DNA from: a virus
Taxonomy: Duplodnaviria; Caudoviricetes
Length of the DNA stretch: 45,023 nt
Virus record (IMG/VR): IMGVR_UViG_3300027271_000076
Span: 1-45,023 of that record
Strand: one strand, 5' to 3'
Made by a program: the position numbers and the translations under genes. The notes beneath the pieces are model-generated. The model saw only the letters and a list, made by a program, of their open reading frames with translations, was not told the DNA's origin and did no database searches. Of this stretch, positions 1 through 9,255 are shown one piece after another (position 1 is the stretch's first letter; each line of letters opens with the position of its first letter).

Positions 1-882
1 TCAGAATCCCCCCTCAGCATTTTGCGATTTGACCTGCGCGCCCGCTGGTTCCATCAGAAGAACAATCTGTTGATCTTGCGGTCTCCGCGCAGCAGGGTCT
101 GTGTCGAGCCCCAGCCGCTTTAGCGCGTAATAGAGAAGCGCCTTCCGGACGCGGATCTTGGCCTTCCCGCCACGCATCCCATAATCCAGGGCAATCACTT
201 TCTTCTGAGTCTCTGAGAGATCGGGATGCGGTCCGAACTCAAGCACAACTTCATCATTCCAATCTTGATCCGCCTCTGATCCGATCTCGCTTGGCTGGGT
301 GCCGCGAGTCTCGATAATCCGCGAGAGCAGGAAGTCCTTGAAGCTTCGGTCGCTAAGGCAGAACGCCCGGGTATGCCAGCGGAACCCGTCGAAGCCGATT
401 GCGTGTGGAGCGATCCAGCGCCAGCGAGGCTCAGGCAGGGAGAGCGACTGGTACTTCACCTCGAGCGCTTCGGACCGGCGAATCGCGGCGACCACTGCGC
501 GCAGAGTTTTGGCATTGACGCCCCGCACGGGTGTCGGCGCCGCATCGTAGGTGGGAAACTGGCCGATCCATGCATCGGCGCGATCCAGGATTCCGTCGGC
601 GACAGATTTAAGCTGCGCGAGATAGCGGCTCGCGTCGGGTTTCAGGAACTGTGGAGCGAACTCTGCACCGCGAACATAGGCACGAGCGCTCTTGTCGTAG
701 TGCATGTTCTGCGGCGCCATTCCGATATAGCGGTTCAGGTCGGTGGACGCCTGGTTCACCGAAACACCGAACGCCTCCATCAGATCGCCCCGGTTCACAT
801 GCCCCTCCCAAAACAGCCGGAACTCGATGAATTCGAGCCGTTGCTCAACCCCCCATCGCAGATCGGCTTTCGCTGTCGCCAC
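1..882 (-). CDS. WYL-domain transcriptional regulator, BrxR/CapW-like (wHTH-WYL-WCX)
   Basis: 293 aa, GTG start. N-terminal RLEFIEFRLFWEGHVNRGDL wHTH; WYL core YQSLS...RWIAPHAIGFDGFRWHTRAFC...FKDFLLSRI; C-terminal IALDYGM...RKALLYYAL, typical of defence-island regulators. Confidence 0.9.
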   Translation of the reverse strand: MATAKADLRWGVEQRLEFIEFRLFWEGHVNRGDLMEAFGVSVNQASTDLNRYIGMAPQNMHYDKSARAYVRGAEFAPQFLKPDASRYLAQLKSVADGILDRADAWIGQFPTYDAAPTPVRGVNAKTLRAVVAAIRRSEALEVKYQSLSLPEPRWRWIAPHAIGFDGFRWHTRAFCLSDRSFKDFLLSRIIETRGTQPSEIGSEADQDWNDEVVLEFGPHPDLSETQKKVIALDYGMRGGKAKIRVRKALLYYALKRLGLDTDPAARRPQDQQIVLLMEPAGAQVKSQNAEGGF

Positions 883-912
883 CCTGGACTCCCAATACCA
901 TGATCCGTCCGT

Positions 913-932
913 TAACTAGGCATGCCTAGTTA
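913..932. promoter_or_regulatory. Perfect 20-bp palindrome, candidate operator of the WYL regulator
   Basis: TAACTAGGCATGCCTAGTTA is its own reverse complement and lies between the predicted promoter and the WYL start codon. Confidence 0.65.
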
Positions 933-947
933 CTGGGCTCTTCAGTC

Positions 948-976
948 ACGCTAGTGCAGAGATAATCGCTGGGCAA
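948..976 (-). promoter_or_regulatory. sigma70-like promoter for the WYL gene
   Basis: Minus strand reads TTGCCC-N17-TAGCGT. Confidence 0.45.
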
Positions 977-1019
977 TAGAAACTTGACGGGCGCGCGGTT
1001 TCCGAGCCGGCAATCGACG

Positions 1020-1424
1020 TCAGAGGCCCAGCGCAGCTCGCTGTGCCGCCCACTCCAGCGGCATGGGCTTCAACAGGGCGTCTATCTGAATGGCGGCCGG
1101 CTGCCTTCCGTCGAGAATCGCCTCGACGATGTCCGGGGCCAGCAGGGTCAGGCGCAGGACCCGGCACAGGTAGGACTGGTTGATCTTCTCCGCTTCGGCC
1201 AGCTCGGTCACAGAGGCGAATCGGCCGCTCTCCATGAGGCGCTTCCAGCGGTGTGCCCGGGCGATTGCCTTGACCATGGTGTTGTCGATGCGCGGGCGGG
1301 GCTGGCCCCAACATGCCCCGTCGGGCATCACCACCTGCTTGCGCCCGCCGCGCTTCCGGACGGTCAGGGGAACACGGACTATCAGCGTGCGCCCGTCATC
1401 GGTTGTGGCGTCATCGGCTCTCAT
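1020..1424 (-). CDS. Recombinase-associated HTH-like protein
   Basis: 134 aa; KAIARAHRW...SVTELAEAEKINQSYLCRVLRLTLLAPDIVEAILDGRQP; ATGA overlap with the recombinase stop. Confidence 0.75.
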   Translation of the reverse strand: MRADDATTDDGRTLIVRVPLTVRKRGGRKQVVMPDGACWGQPRPRIDNTMVKAIARAHRWKRLMESGRFASVTELAEAEKINQSYLCRVLRLTLLAPDIVEAILDGRQPAAIQIDALLKPMPLEWAAQRAALGL

Positions 1425-2748
1425 GCTGCCCTCCGCGGATCGTCGGCCATGCCACCAAGCTCATGAACCAGACGAGCCAGCCCATCGACGCGGAGGCGGA
1501 TGTCGACGCCTCCCTCTCCGACATCGACGCGCTCGACAAGGAGCTGGACGACGCGCGCCTGCTCGGCCGGGAACAGCTCGTCCCACAGCGGATCCAGCCC
1601 TTCCAGAGCTTCCCTGACTTCAGCCTCGGACAGACCATCGATCTCGCGCCGCGCCGATCGCCATGTGCCGACGATCACCTCCGGTGCGCGAAGAAGGCCG
1701 CGCAGCTGGTCGACCACCGCGCCCTCGATCTCGGCGGCGGGCACGCGCCCCACCGGGCAGGCATCGGCGCCGCGCTTCAGCACGCTCTGGCTGACATAGT
1801 AGCGGTAGAGCTTGTCACCGCGCCGCGTGTGTGTCGGCGTCATGGCGCAGCCGGTCGGCCCGAAGATGAGGCCCTTGAGCAATGCGGGTGTCGCGGCCCG
1901 TGTCCGGCCGGCGCGGACCCTCGGGCTCTCGCGCAGGATTCCATGCACCTTGTCCCACAAGGCGCGCGTGATGATGGCTTCGTGCTCGCCGGGATAGGCC
2001 GTGCCCTTGTGCACGGCGTCACCGATATAAACCCGGTTGTTGATCAGCTTGTAGAGGAAGCCCTTGTCGACGAGCCGGCCGCGCCGCGTCCGTACGCCTT
2101 CGGCGGCGAGCGCCCGGGCCAACGCCGTCGCCGAGCCGACTTCGACGAAGCGCTCGAAGATCATCCGGACCGTCGCGGCCTCGGCATCATTGATCACCAG
2201 TTTGCGGTCCCGGACCTCGTAGCCGAGCGGCACGAACCCGCCCATCCACATGCCGCGTTTGCGCGAGGCGGCGATCTTGTCGCGGATGCGCTCGCCGATC
2301 ACCTCCCGCTCGAACTGGGCGAAGCTGAGCAGGATGTTGAGCGTAAGCCGCCCCATGGACGTCGTGGTGTTGAAGCACTGGGTCACGCTGACGAAGGTGA
2401 CCCCGCCGCGATCGAACACCTCGACCAGCTTGGCGAAATCCATGAGCGACCGGCTGAGCCGGTCGATCTTGTAGACGACGACCACGTCGATCCGGCCGTC
2501 CTCAATGTCGGCGAGCAGGCGCTTCAGCGCCGGCCGGTCGAGCGTCCCGCCCGAGAAGCCGCCGTCATCATAGGACTCAGGATAGAGCACCCAGCCTTCG
2601 GCCTTCTGGCTGGCGATATAGGCCTCACAAGCCTCGCGCTGGGCGTCGAGGCTGTTGAATTCCATCTCCAGCCCTTCTTCCGTCGACTTGCGCGTATAGA
2701 CCGCGCAGCGCAGCTTGCGAATGGGTTTGGCGGATGCGGGTGATTTCG

Positions 2749-2752
<4 letters not shown>
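1421..2752 (-). CDS. Large serine recombinase (integrase)
   Basis: 443 aa from ATG 2752. Catalytic CAVYTRKS, DDGGFSGGTLDRPAL, YKIDRLSRS, FAQFEREVIGERIRD; recombinase domain and zinc-ribbon-like region follow. Confidence 0.93.
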
Positions 2753-3197
<445 letters not shown>

Positions 3198-3201
<4 letters not shown>

Positions 3202-3401
3202 GCGTCTCCTTTGCAAATTGGAGTCCCATGACCGCTCCGGTCGGGCGGGAAGTGAAGGCAACTTTCTCCGCGGTCGCCAGATACTTGCCTTGACTGGCGT
3301 GCCTTGAGCCGAACCAGCCCGCGCGCAAGAATCCTGCAGACCTCACCGATTCGCTCGTCCGGCGTCATATGCCCGGGGTGGATCGGGTTCGGCATGTCCA
3401 T
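3198..3401 (-). CDS. Small hypothetical protein, first gene of the recombinase operon
   Basis: PNPIHPGHMTPDERIGEVCRILARGLVRL; stop overlaps the DUF2924 start (ATGA). Start uncertain (3395/3401/3413). Confidence 0.6.
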
Positions 3402-3438
3402 CGCAGAGATCACCTAAGGGATTGGATTCCCTTGGCCT

Positions 3439-3466
3439 CTACTCACGGTGCAGACGATCCGTCCCA
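3439..3466 (-). promoter_or_regulatory. Bipartite promoter-like motif, copy 1 (faces recombinase operon)
   Basis: Minus strand TGGGACGGATCGTCTGCACCGTGAGTAG; 20/28 identical to 7248-7275, in two conserved blocks. Confidence 0.55.
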
Positions 3467-3509
3467 AGGCGATGGCTTTTGAATCGACTCCGCTAGGCAT
3501 TTGCGATAA

Positions 3510-3524
3510 GAACGTAAGATGAAC
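3510..3524 (+). promoter_or_regulatory. Alphaproteobacterial LexA (SOS) box
   Basis: GAAC-GTAAGAT-GAAC is an exact GAAC-N7-GAAC, in an AT-rich intergenic stretch 28 nt upstream of ATG 3553. Confidence 0.7.
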
Positions 3525-3552
3525 AAATGTGAGGCAATTATGGGCGGCTGAG

Positions 3553-4800
3553 ATGGCTAAGAACCTGAAGAAGTTCGTCAATCCCAAGTTCACGCGTACC
3601 GTCGATCTCGGCTTGCTCAGCCGCCTGTTCGAACGCCACCGCGATGTGCTGAACGGGTTGGACCTTGGGATCTTCAGGGATGAGGCGGCGCAGGACGATG
3701 CTCGCAGCGCCGTTCAGGATTTCTTCGCGGGGCCGGAGGAGAACTATCCGGAGGGGCTCGTCGCCGACCTGCATCGCATCGCGGAGCTCGGCAACGCGGC
3801 GGGTCTCGACATCATTCTTCAGCAGGCCGCGCGCCTCGGGATACGCCTGACACCCGAAGCGAATGGTGACGAGCCGGAGACTCACCAGGATCCCAAGCAC
3901 GTGGCCCTGTGCGTCTTCCTCGACCATCCCGACGTGTTCGACGCCGCGTCGGACATGATGGCGCTCATGGCGCGCACGTCGCTCGCCGAGTTTGTGGGCC
4001 GCGACGAAGGCGTTGAGGCGATCATGGATGATCGCGCAAAGGCTGAGTTTGAAACGGCCGCCGCCGCGATGTTCGAACAGGATCTCCGCAGCAACTATTG
4101 CCGCGCCGGCTGGTATGACGATGCTGACGAGCTCGTTCTGGTGATCGAACATGGCTCGCCGATCACCACGACCGATGTCGTGCAAAAGGACCAGAAGCGC
4201 GTGATCAGCTTCCGCGCTGCCGAACACGCGGTGCTGTCCTACAACTCCACGACGGGCCTGTTGAAGATCGGCGGCGTCGCCAAGGCGCGTCGCGGCGACC
4301 TCGCGGAACTGTTCGCCGACAAGGTCCTGGGCAAGCCCGAATTCTTCGCCGGCGACGACGCCCAGAATCTCTACACGCTCGACCCGGTACAGCACGCGGG
4401 CTTAAACTTCGCGTTCAACCATGACTTTGATCCGGGCATCCAGCTGGTCCAGATCACCGAGGTCCAGGTTGACCGCGTCGGCGCCGATCCGAAGACCGGC
4501 GAGACACGAACCTTCTACTCCTATGTTGCGCGCGACGGACGCGACAATGCCTTGGTTAGGTTGGGCGAGATGGTGCGGGGCACTCGTCTCGGGTCGGATT
4601 GGCGCCTCAACTACATCGTCATCCGCGTTCATTTCGCGACCGGCGGCAAGTCGGCGAAGAAGGTGACCGTCAAGCTGAAGCCGCCGGCCCACGCCATGTT
4701 CAAGCGTCAGCAGTTCGAAGGTCGGATCATGACGCTCCTTCGTCGCAACGGACTGCTCAATGACCGAGACGCTGCCCAGGCTGCTGTTGCGGCTGAGTGA
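3553..4800 (+). CDS. Hypothetical protein, first gene of the SOS-box operon
   Basis: 415 aa from ATG 3553 (MAKNLKKFVNPKF); phage-like GC-rich codon usage; no recognisable catalytic motif. Confidence 0.8.
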   Translation: MAKNLKKFVNPKFTRTVDLGLLSRLFERHRDVLNGLDLGIFRDEAAQDDARSAVQDFFAGPEENYPEGLVADLHRIAELGNAAGLDIILQQAARLGIRLTPEANGDEPETHQDPKHVALCVFLDHPDVFDAASDMMALMARTSLAEFVGRDEGVEAIMDDRAKAEFETAAAAMFEQDLRSNYCRAGWYDDADELVLVIEHGSPITTTDVVQKDQKRVISFRAAEHAVLSYNSTTGLLKIGGVAKARRGDLAELFADKVLGKPEFFAGDDAQNLYTLDPVQHAGLNFAFNHDFDPGIQLVQITEVQVDRVGADPKTGETRTFYSYVARDGRDNALVRLGEMVRGTRLGSDWRLNYIVIRVHFATGGKSAKKVTVKLKPPAHAMFKRQQFEGRIMTLLRRNGLLNDRDAAQAAVAAE

Positions 4801-5740
4801 GGCGGGCGATCCCGCAAGTCTATGGGGCCGACAGGCGGCGCCTCATGCTGGGCGCGATTTCGAGCGGCTGCTCGATCACGGCGTCCTGGTCGAGCAGTCG
4901 CCGGCAACGGAATGGGATGTGTGCCCCGCCTGCGATTGCGGTCTCAACGGGCGGCCCATCCATCAGGTCAACGGACGACATATCGCGGTTTGCCCGACGG
5001 ACCGGCGCAGCGACCTTGTTCTCGACGATGACGATCTGCGGAGCTTTCGGATTCATCCCTCCGCGCTGGTCCGCGAAATCGCCATGGCGTCCGGGTTCGG
5101 AGGCGAGCCGGCGCCGGTGGCGGCGGGTGTCTGGCATCTGGGGGAAACATCGAATCAGCGGGCGCTGTTCCTCGCACTGTCGCAGGATGCAGTGCTTCAA
5201 CCGGGATTGATCGGCCTGATGCGTTCGGTCGCCCGGTCATCACCCATCACGGTGATCGCGCCGGCGATGGCTGCAGATGACTGGGCGCGCTTGGTCGACG
5301 CAGGGCTTCATGTTGTCGCTGGATCACACTGCATTGCTTGCGATGGGACTGCACCTGGATTGTCGATCGATCAGTCCAAACTGGAATCGCAACCGAGCTT
5401 GGCGCCCCGATTGGTGATTCAACGCGCCGCCAAGACGGTATCGCTCGACGGAATGCCCAAAACCCTCTCCGATCAAGAGTTCCAGCTGCTAGTCCTTCTG
5501 GCGGAACATGCGTTGAAGTCGCCCGCCATCGTCGAGAATCGTGCGATCGAGGCGCATATCTGGGGAGCGAGCATCCACAGGATTTCGTCGCAGGTGCGCG
5601 AGCCTGTGCGCGCGCTTCGGGATGCGCTGGCTCGCGGAAGTGCGGATGTCACGTCCGTAAGGGCATTGATCGAGAATCGGCGAAATCCGAACGGCTACCG
5701 GCTGGCTCTGCCTCCGGAGGGAATCGAATTGATCAAGTAG
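4760..5740 (+). CDS. Putative transcriptional activator: Cys cluster plus C-terminal OmpR/PhoB-like winged helix
   Basis: 326 aa; CPACDC...C near the N-terminus; C-terminus TVSLDGMPKTLSDQEFQLLVLLAEH...IEAHIWG...VRALRDAL...IENRRNPNGYRL matches the Trans_reg_C pattern; 41-nt overlap with the upstream gene. Confidence 0.65.
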   Translation: MTETLPRLLLRLSEAGDPASLWGRQAAPHAGRDFERLLDHGVLVEQSPATEWDVCPACDCGLNGRPIHQVNGRHIAVCPTDRRSDLVLDDDDLRSFRIHPSALVREIAMASGFGGEPAPVAAGVWHLGETSNQRALFLALSQDAVLQPGLIGLMRSVARSSPITVIAPAMAADDWARLVDAGLHVVAGSHCIACDGTAPGLSIDQSKLESQPSLAPRLVIQRAAKTVSLDGMPKTLSDQEFQLLVLLAEHALKSPAIVENRAIEAHIWGASIHRISSQVREPVRALRDALARGSADVTSVRALIENRRNPNGYRLALPPEGIELIK

Positions 5741-5768
5741 CCGCTGGTGAACGCGGCAGGAGGGAAGC

Positions 5769-6482
5769 GTGGCCGATTTCGGCACCGATGAAGGCGGTGG
5801 TTTCAACGCCATTAGCCGATCCTACAAGAACGATCCGACAATTGAGCACTATGTAAAGCTGCGGCGCGAAAACCCGGACGCCGAAATCGAGGTGTCTGTT
5901 GTCGGCGGGATGGACCAACTGATGTTCATGGAGCCTGAACTCAGAAAGTTCGGCTTCGACCCTCAAATTGTTGCCGGCGTCTTGGATGCAGACCCTGAGG
6001 CGATAAGTGTGCTCTCGTTGCAGATCATGGAAAGAATGATTGAAGCTCGGGATCTCGCCCGATCAGGTCAGACCCACCTCACGAGACGCGGTTTGGTCGT
6101 CCCTGACAAGCTGATCAATTGGCTAGTCGCATGCATGCTGGATTCCTTGAGCTGGACTGATGAGCTTTACATCCCAAGGGATCTTATCGTCCTGATCCGC
6201 GAGCGCTTGGGCGGATCCAACCTCGAATACGAACAGGCGTCCGCTGCTCACCAGAAGCGATGGTCCGCGATCATCATCGGTGGTCAACTCAAGGCACGGG
6301 GGATCGAGCCAAGCTTCAGAATGCTCGCCAAAATTTTCAAGATTTCTCCCACCACCGTCATGCGCTGGTTCCCGGATGGTGAGTTCGAGGAGGAGATCGC
6401 GCGGGTGTCCACCTGGTTCGACGAGAACGGCCAGATGCGAAGCCTCTCGGACATCACCCGACGACCGTTGCAAACGAAATAA
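5769..6482 (+). CDS. Hypothetical protein with C-terminal HTH-like segment (accessory)
   Basis: 237 aa, GTG start after AGGGAAG; SFRMLAKIFKISPTTVMRWF; visibly more AT-rich than its neighbours. Confidence 0.7.
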   Translation: MADFGTDEGGGFNAISRSYKNDPTIEHYVKLRRENPDAEIEVSVVGGMDQLMFMEPELRKFGFDPQIVAGVLDADPEAISVLSLQIMERMIEARDLARSGQTHLTRRGLVVPDKLINWLVACMLDSLSWTDELYIPRDLIVLIRERLGGSNLEYEQASAAHQKRWSAIIIGGQLKARGIEPSFRMLAKIFKISPTTVMRWFPDGEFEEEIARVSTWFDENGQMRSLSDITRRPLQTK

Positions 6483-6574
6483 GCTGCGCAACACCTAACC
6501 GGTCAGTCAAACCTGCGGCCCCGATGGATATCGGCCAATCGCAGGAAGTCTCCGGTGATCGCGGGCCAAGCATA

Positions 6575-6612
6575 CCCACAGTTCGCCCACATCATCACCA
6601 CGTCGTGCCCAC
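6575..6612 (+). promoter_or_regulatory. Four (C/A)CCAC direct repeats with exact 11-bp period upstream of the sigma-factor gene
   Basis: CCCAC 6575, CCCAC 6586, ACCAC 6597, CCCAC 6608; possible -10 CAACCT at 6634-6639. Confidence 0.55.
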
Positions 6613-6674
6613 CTATTCTGGCCGACGCATCGGCAACCTGCGGACATCACGAACGATGACCGAGGCGTTGACCG

Positions 6675-7250
6675 ATGCATTCTTCTATTTCCCGAGACGA
6701 CCTTCAGATCCTTCTCCATGAGGCGGACATCGCGGCCCGCCGCCTCGTCCGCCAGCTGCGGCTTCCTCGCGCCGATCTCGACGATGTCCGCCAGGACCTG
6801 CTCGTTGATCTGATCGCCCGGCTTCCCGCCTACGACGCTGATCGTGGCACGCTCGGCGCCTTTGCCGGCGCCATCCTCACCAATAGGGCGACGCGCATCG
6901 CCAACAAGGTGAAGCGGGAGCGCCAGATGTATGGCGCGGCGCCGATCTCGCTCGATGAGGCCATTCCCGACAGCGACGGGCTGACCCGCGGCGACCTCGT
7001 CGCCGAAGCCGACGGGCTGTCAGCGCTCTTCGGCCAGCCGGTCGATGCGTTCGCCACCGCCGAGGAGCGTCTCGATGTCGAGCGCGGTCTTGGCTCGCTC
7101 GAACCCGTCGACGGCGCTCTCTGCGCAGCCCTTTCCCGCACCACCGTCGATCGCCTTGCCGCGAGCGGCCATGGCGCCCGCAGCAGCCTCTACCGCCGCG
7201 TCAAGGACATCCGCCTCGCCCTGACGGCGATCGGCGTCCGGGCCGCGTGA
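6675..7250 (+). CDS. ECF-like sigma-70 family factor
   Basis: 191 aa; region-2-like DLDDVRQDLLVDLIARLPAYDADRGTLGAFAGAILTN; ISLDE linker; region-4-like RSSLYRRVKDIR. Confidence 0.7.
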   Translation: MHSSISRDDLQILLHEADIAARRLVRQLRLPRADLDDVRQDLLVDLIARLPAYDADRGTLGAFAGAILTNRATRIANKVKRERQMYGAAPISLDEAIPDSDGLTRGDLVAEADGLSALFGQPVDAFATAEERLDVERGLGSLEPVDGALCAALSRTTVDRLAASGHGARSSLYRRVKDIRLALTAIGVRAA

Positions 7251-7275
7251 GACGGTTCGGCGAGCGCGTGAGTAG
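7248..7275 (+). promoter_or_regulatory. Bipartite promoter-like motif, copy 2 (faces replication operon)
   Basis: TGAGACGGTTCGGCGAGCGCGTGAGTAG, matching 3439-3466 on the minus strand. Confidence 0.55.
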
Positions 7276-7284
7276 GAGCCGATC

Positions 7285-7626
7285 ATGAACGTCATTGCAT
7301 CCAGATTCCCTGCTGTCCGGAACCCGCTCACCGAGATCGATCTCTGCGGCTGGGTCGGCCAGGCAGCACCCGGCGACATCCTCGAATATCACCGTGGTTT
7401 CCTCGCGCTTGACACCATGCCGCAGGGCACGCGCCTTGCCGAGCGGGAGCGGGCGGAACTCGCCCGCGTCGCGCGCCGCGCCTGGTGGGCAGCCGAGCGC
7501 GGACTGATCCATCTCGTGCAGCGTCGCCACCGGTCGGACGATTACAGCTATCTGGCCATCGCCCGCCCGAAGCCGAAGCAGGCCTCGGTATCGCTGTTCA
7601 CCCTCCTGCTGGCGGAGGTGGCGTGA
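7285..7626 (+). CDS. Hypothetical phage protein
   Basis: 113 aa, AGGAG RBS; WVGQAAPGDILEYHRGFLALD; coupled to the next gene (TGATG). Confidence 0.75.
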   Translation: MNVIASRFPAVRNPLTEIDLCGWVGQAAPGDILEYHRGFLALDTMPQGTRLAERERAELARVARRAWWAAERGLIHLVQRRHRSDDYSYLAIARPKPKQASVSLFTLLLAEVA

Positions 7627-8120
7627 TGGCATCTGATCGCAACAACCGCCCCAGCCTCGACGACATGCGCACCATGCCGGTCGGCGAGATCGCCACGCTT
7701 CCGGCGGAGCATCTGGCGCTGCTCCAGGAGGATGCCGACGCCGCCCTGGATGCCGCCAAGCGGCTCAAAGAGTGGCTCGAAGGTGTGATCGCGCTTCGCT
7801 ATGCCGACGCGGCGGCCGCCACGCGCAGGGCCGAGGGCAAGGAGACCGGCCTCGTTCGCTTCGAAGACGGCGCCGTCGTCGTCGCTGCCGATCTCCCGAA
7901 GAAAATCGACTGGGACCAGTCGCTGCTCGCCGCGCTCGTCGAGCGCATCCGTGCGAGCGGAGAGAACCCGGCCGACTACGTCGACATCGGCTTCAAGGTC
8001 CCCGAGCGCAAATACACCGCTTGGCCCACCGCTATCCGCGAGGCCTTCGCCGCCGCCCGCACGGTGCGGGCCGCCAAGCCGACCTTCCGTCTCACCATCA
8101 AGTCCGAGGATACCCGATGA
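7626..8120 (+). CDS. Hypothetical phage protein
   Basis: 164 aa from ATG 7626 with GGAGG RBS; LPKKIDWDQ, VPERKYTAWP. Confidence 0.78.
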   Translation: MASDRNNRPSLDDMRTMPVGEIATLPAEHLALLQEDADAALDAAKRLKEWLEGVIALRYADAAAATRRAEGKETGLVRFEDGAVVVAADLPKKIDWDQSLLAALVERIRASGENPADYVDIGFKVPERKYTAWPTAIREAFAAARTVRAAKPTFRLTIKSEDTR

Positions 8121-8416
8121 CCAGCTCTGCTGCCCTGACCGAGATCCGCAAGCGCCACTACGCGCTCGAAGCGCTGCCCGACACCATCGTCATTCCGGTG
8201 CTCGGCGAAATCCGCCGCGAACAGGTCGTCAAGCCGATCGAGGACGCCACGCTCGACGATATCGCCTTCGCCTTGCTGGGTGTCGAAGCCGAGTTCAGCG
8301 CCGTCGGCGACCGCCTGCACGCCTTGCGCAAACTCTATGGTCTCGCCCGGCAGGCCGGCGCGCGCGGGAGTGAGTGCGCGCTCGATGTCGCGTCACGCAA
8401 CGCGGGAGGCCGCTGA
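8117..8416 (+). CDS. Hypothetical phage protein
   Basis: 99 aa from ATG 8117 (ATGA overlap, GAGGA RBS). Confidence 0.68.
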   Translation: MTSSAALTEIRKRHYALEALPDTIVIPVLGEIRREQVVKPIEDATLDDIAFALLGVEAEFSAVGDRLHALRKLYGLARQAGARGSECALDVASRNAGGR

Positions 8417-9249
8417 TGGCGCTGCGCATCGTCAGCGCCGACGAACGGCTGTCCGCGGCCGGCGCCAAGACCACCATGGCGATTTTCGGCCCGAGCGGCG
8501 TCGGCAAGACATCCTTGCTGAAATCGTTGCCGCCTGCCGAGACCCTCTGCATCGACCTCGAGGCCGGCATGAAGTCTGTCCAGGACTGGCCCGGCGACAG
8601 CATCCCGGTGCGCACCTTCGCCGACGCCCTCGACATCGGCTGCCTTGTCGGCGGGGTCAATCCGTCCGCCGACCCGAGCGGCTTCTTCTCCGAGGCGCAT
8701 TACCAGCATCTCAGGGAAAGCTATCCCGATCTCGTTCAGATGATCGCGGGCAAGCGCATCATCTTCGTCGACTCGATCACCGATCTTACGCGCCAGGCGA
8801 TGGCCTGGGCGAAGACCCGGCCCGAGGCCTTCTCCGACAAGACCGGCAAACCCGACACCCGCGGCGCCTACGGGCTCCTCGCCCGCGAAGTCATCGGCCT
8901 GCTCAAGCATCTGCAGCACGCCTCCGGAAAGACCGTGATCTTCGTCGGCATCCTCGAACGCGTCACCGACGAGTTCAACCGCACGACCTGGCAGCCGCAG
9001 ATGGAAGGCGGCAAGGCCGGCCGCGAGCTTCCCGGCATCGTCGATCAGGTCATCACCATGAGCCTGTTCGCGCGCGACGGCGACGGCTGGCGGCATGAGC
9101 CCGAGCGCGGCGAAGACCGCCGCCTCGTCTGCCGCGCCGGTAATCCCTTCGGCCTGCCGGCGAAGGATCGCAGCGGTCGTCTCGATGTCACCGAGCCGCC
9201 CGACCTCGGCGCGCTGCTCTCCAAGATCAACGCAACCCGGAAAGGATGA
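8416..9249 (+). CDS. AAA_24 / Sak4-like ATPase (putative single-strand annealing protein)
   Basis: 277 aa; Walker A GPSGVGKT, CIDLEAG, Walker B IFVDSIT, AKDRSG. Confidence 0.8.
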   Translation: MALRIVSADERLSAAGAKTTMAIFGPSGVGKTSLLKSLPPAETLCIDLEAGMKSVQDWPGDSIPVRTFADALDIGCLVGGVNPSADPSGFFSEAHYQHLRESYPDLVQMIAGKRIIFVDSITDLTRQAMAWAKTRPEAFSDKTGKPDTRGAYGLLAREVIGLLKHLQHASGKTVIFVGILERVTDEFNRTTWQPQMEGGKAGRELPGIVDQVITMSLFARDGDGWRHEPERGEDRRLVCRAGNPFGLPAKDRSGRLDVTEPPDLGALLSKINATRKG

Positions 9250-9255
9250 CGAGCC

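Noticed and set aside
883-1019. tRNA or tRNA fragment as integration target
   Set aside because: No cloverleaf or T-arm motif is recognisable at either end of the prophage.
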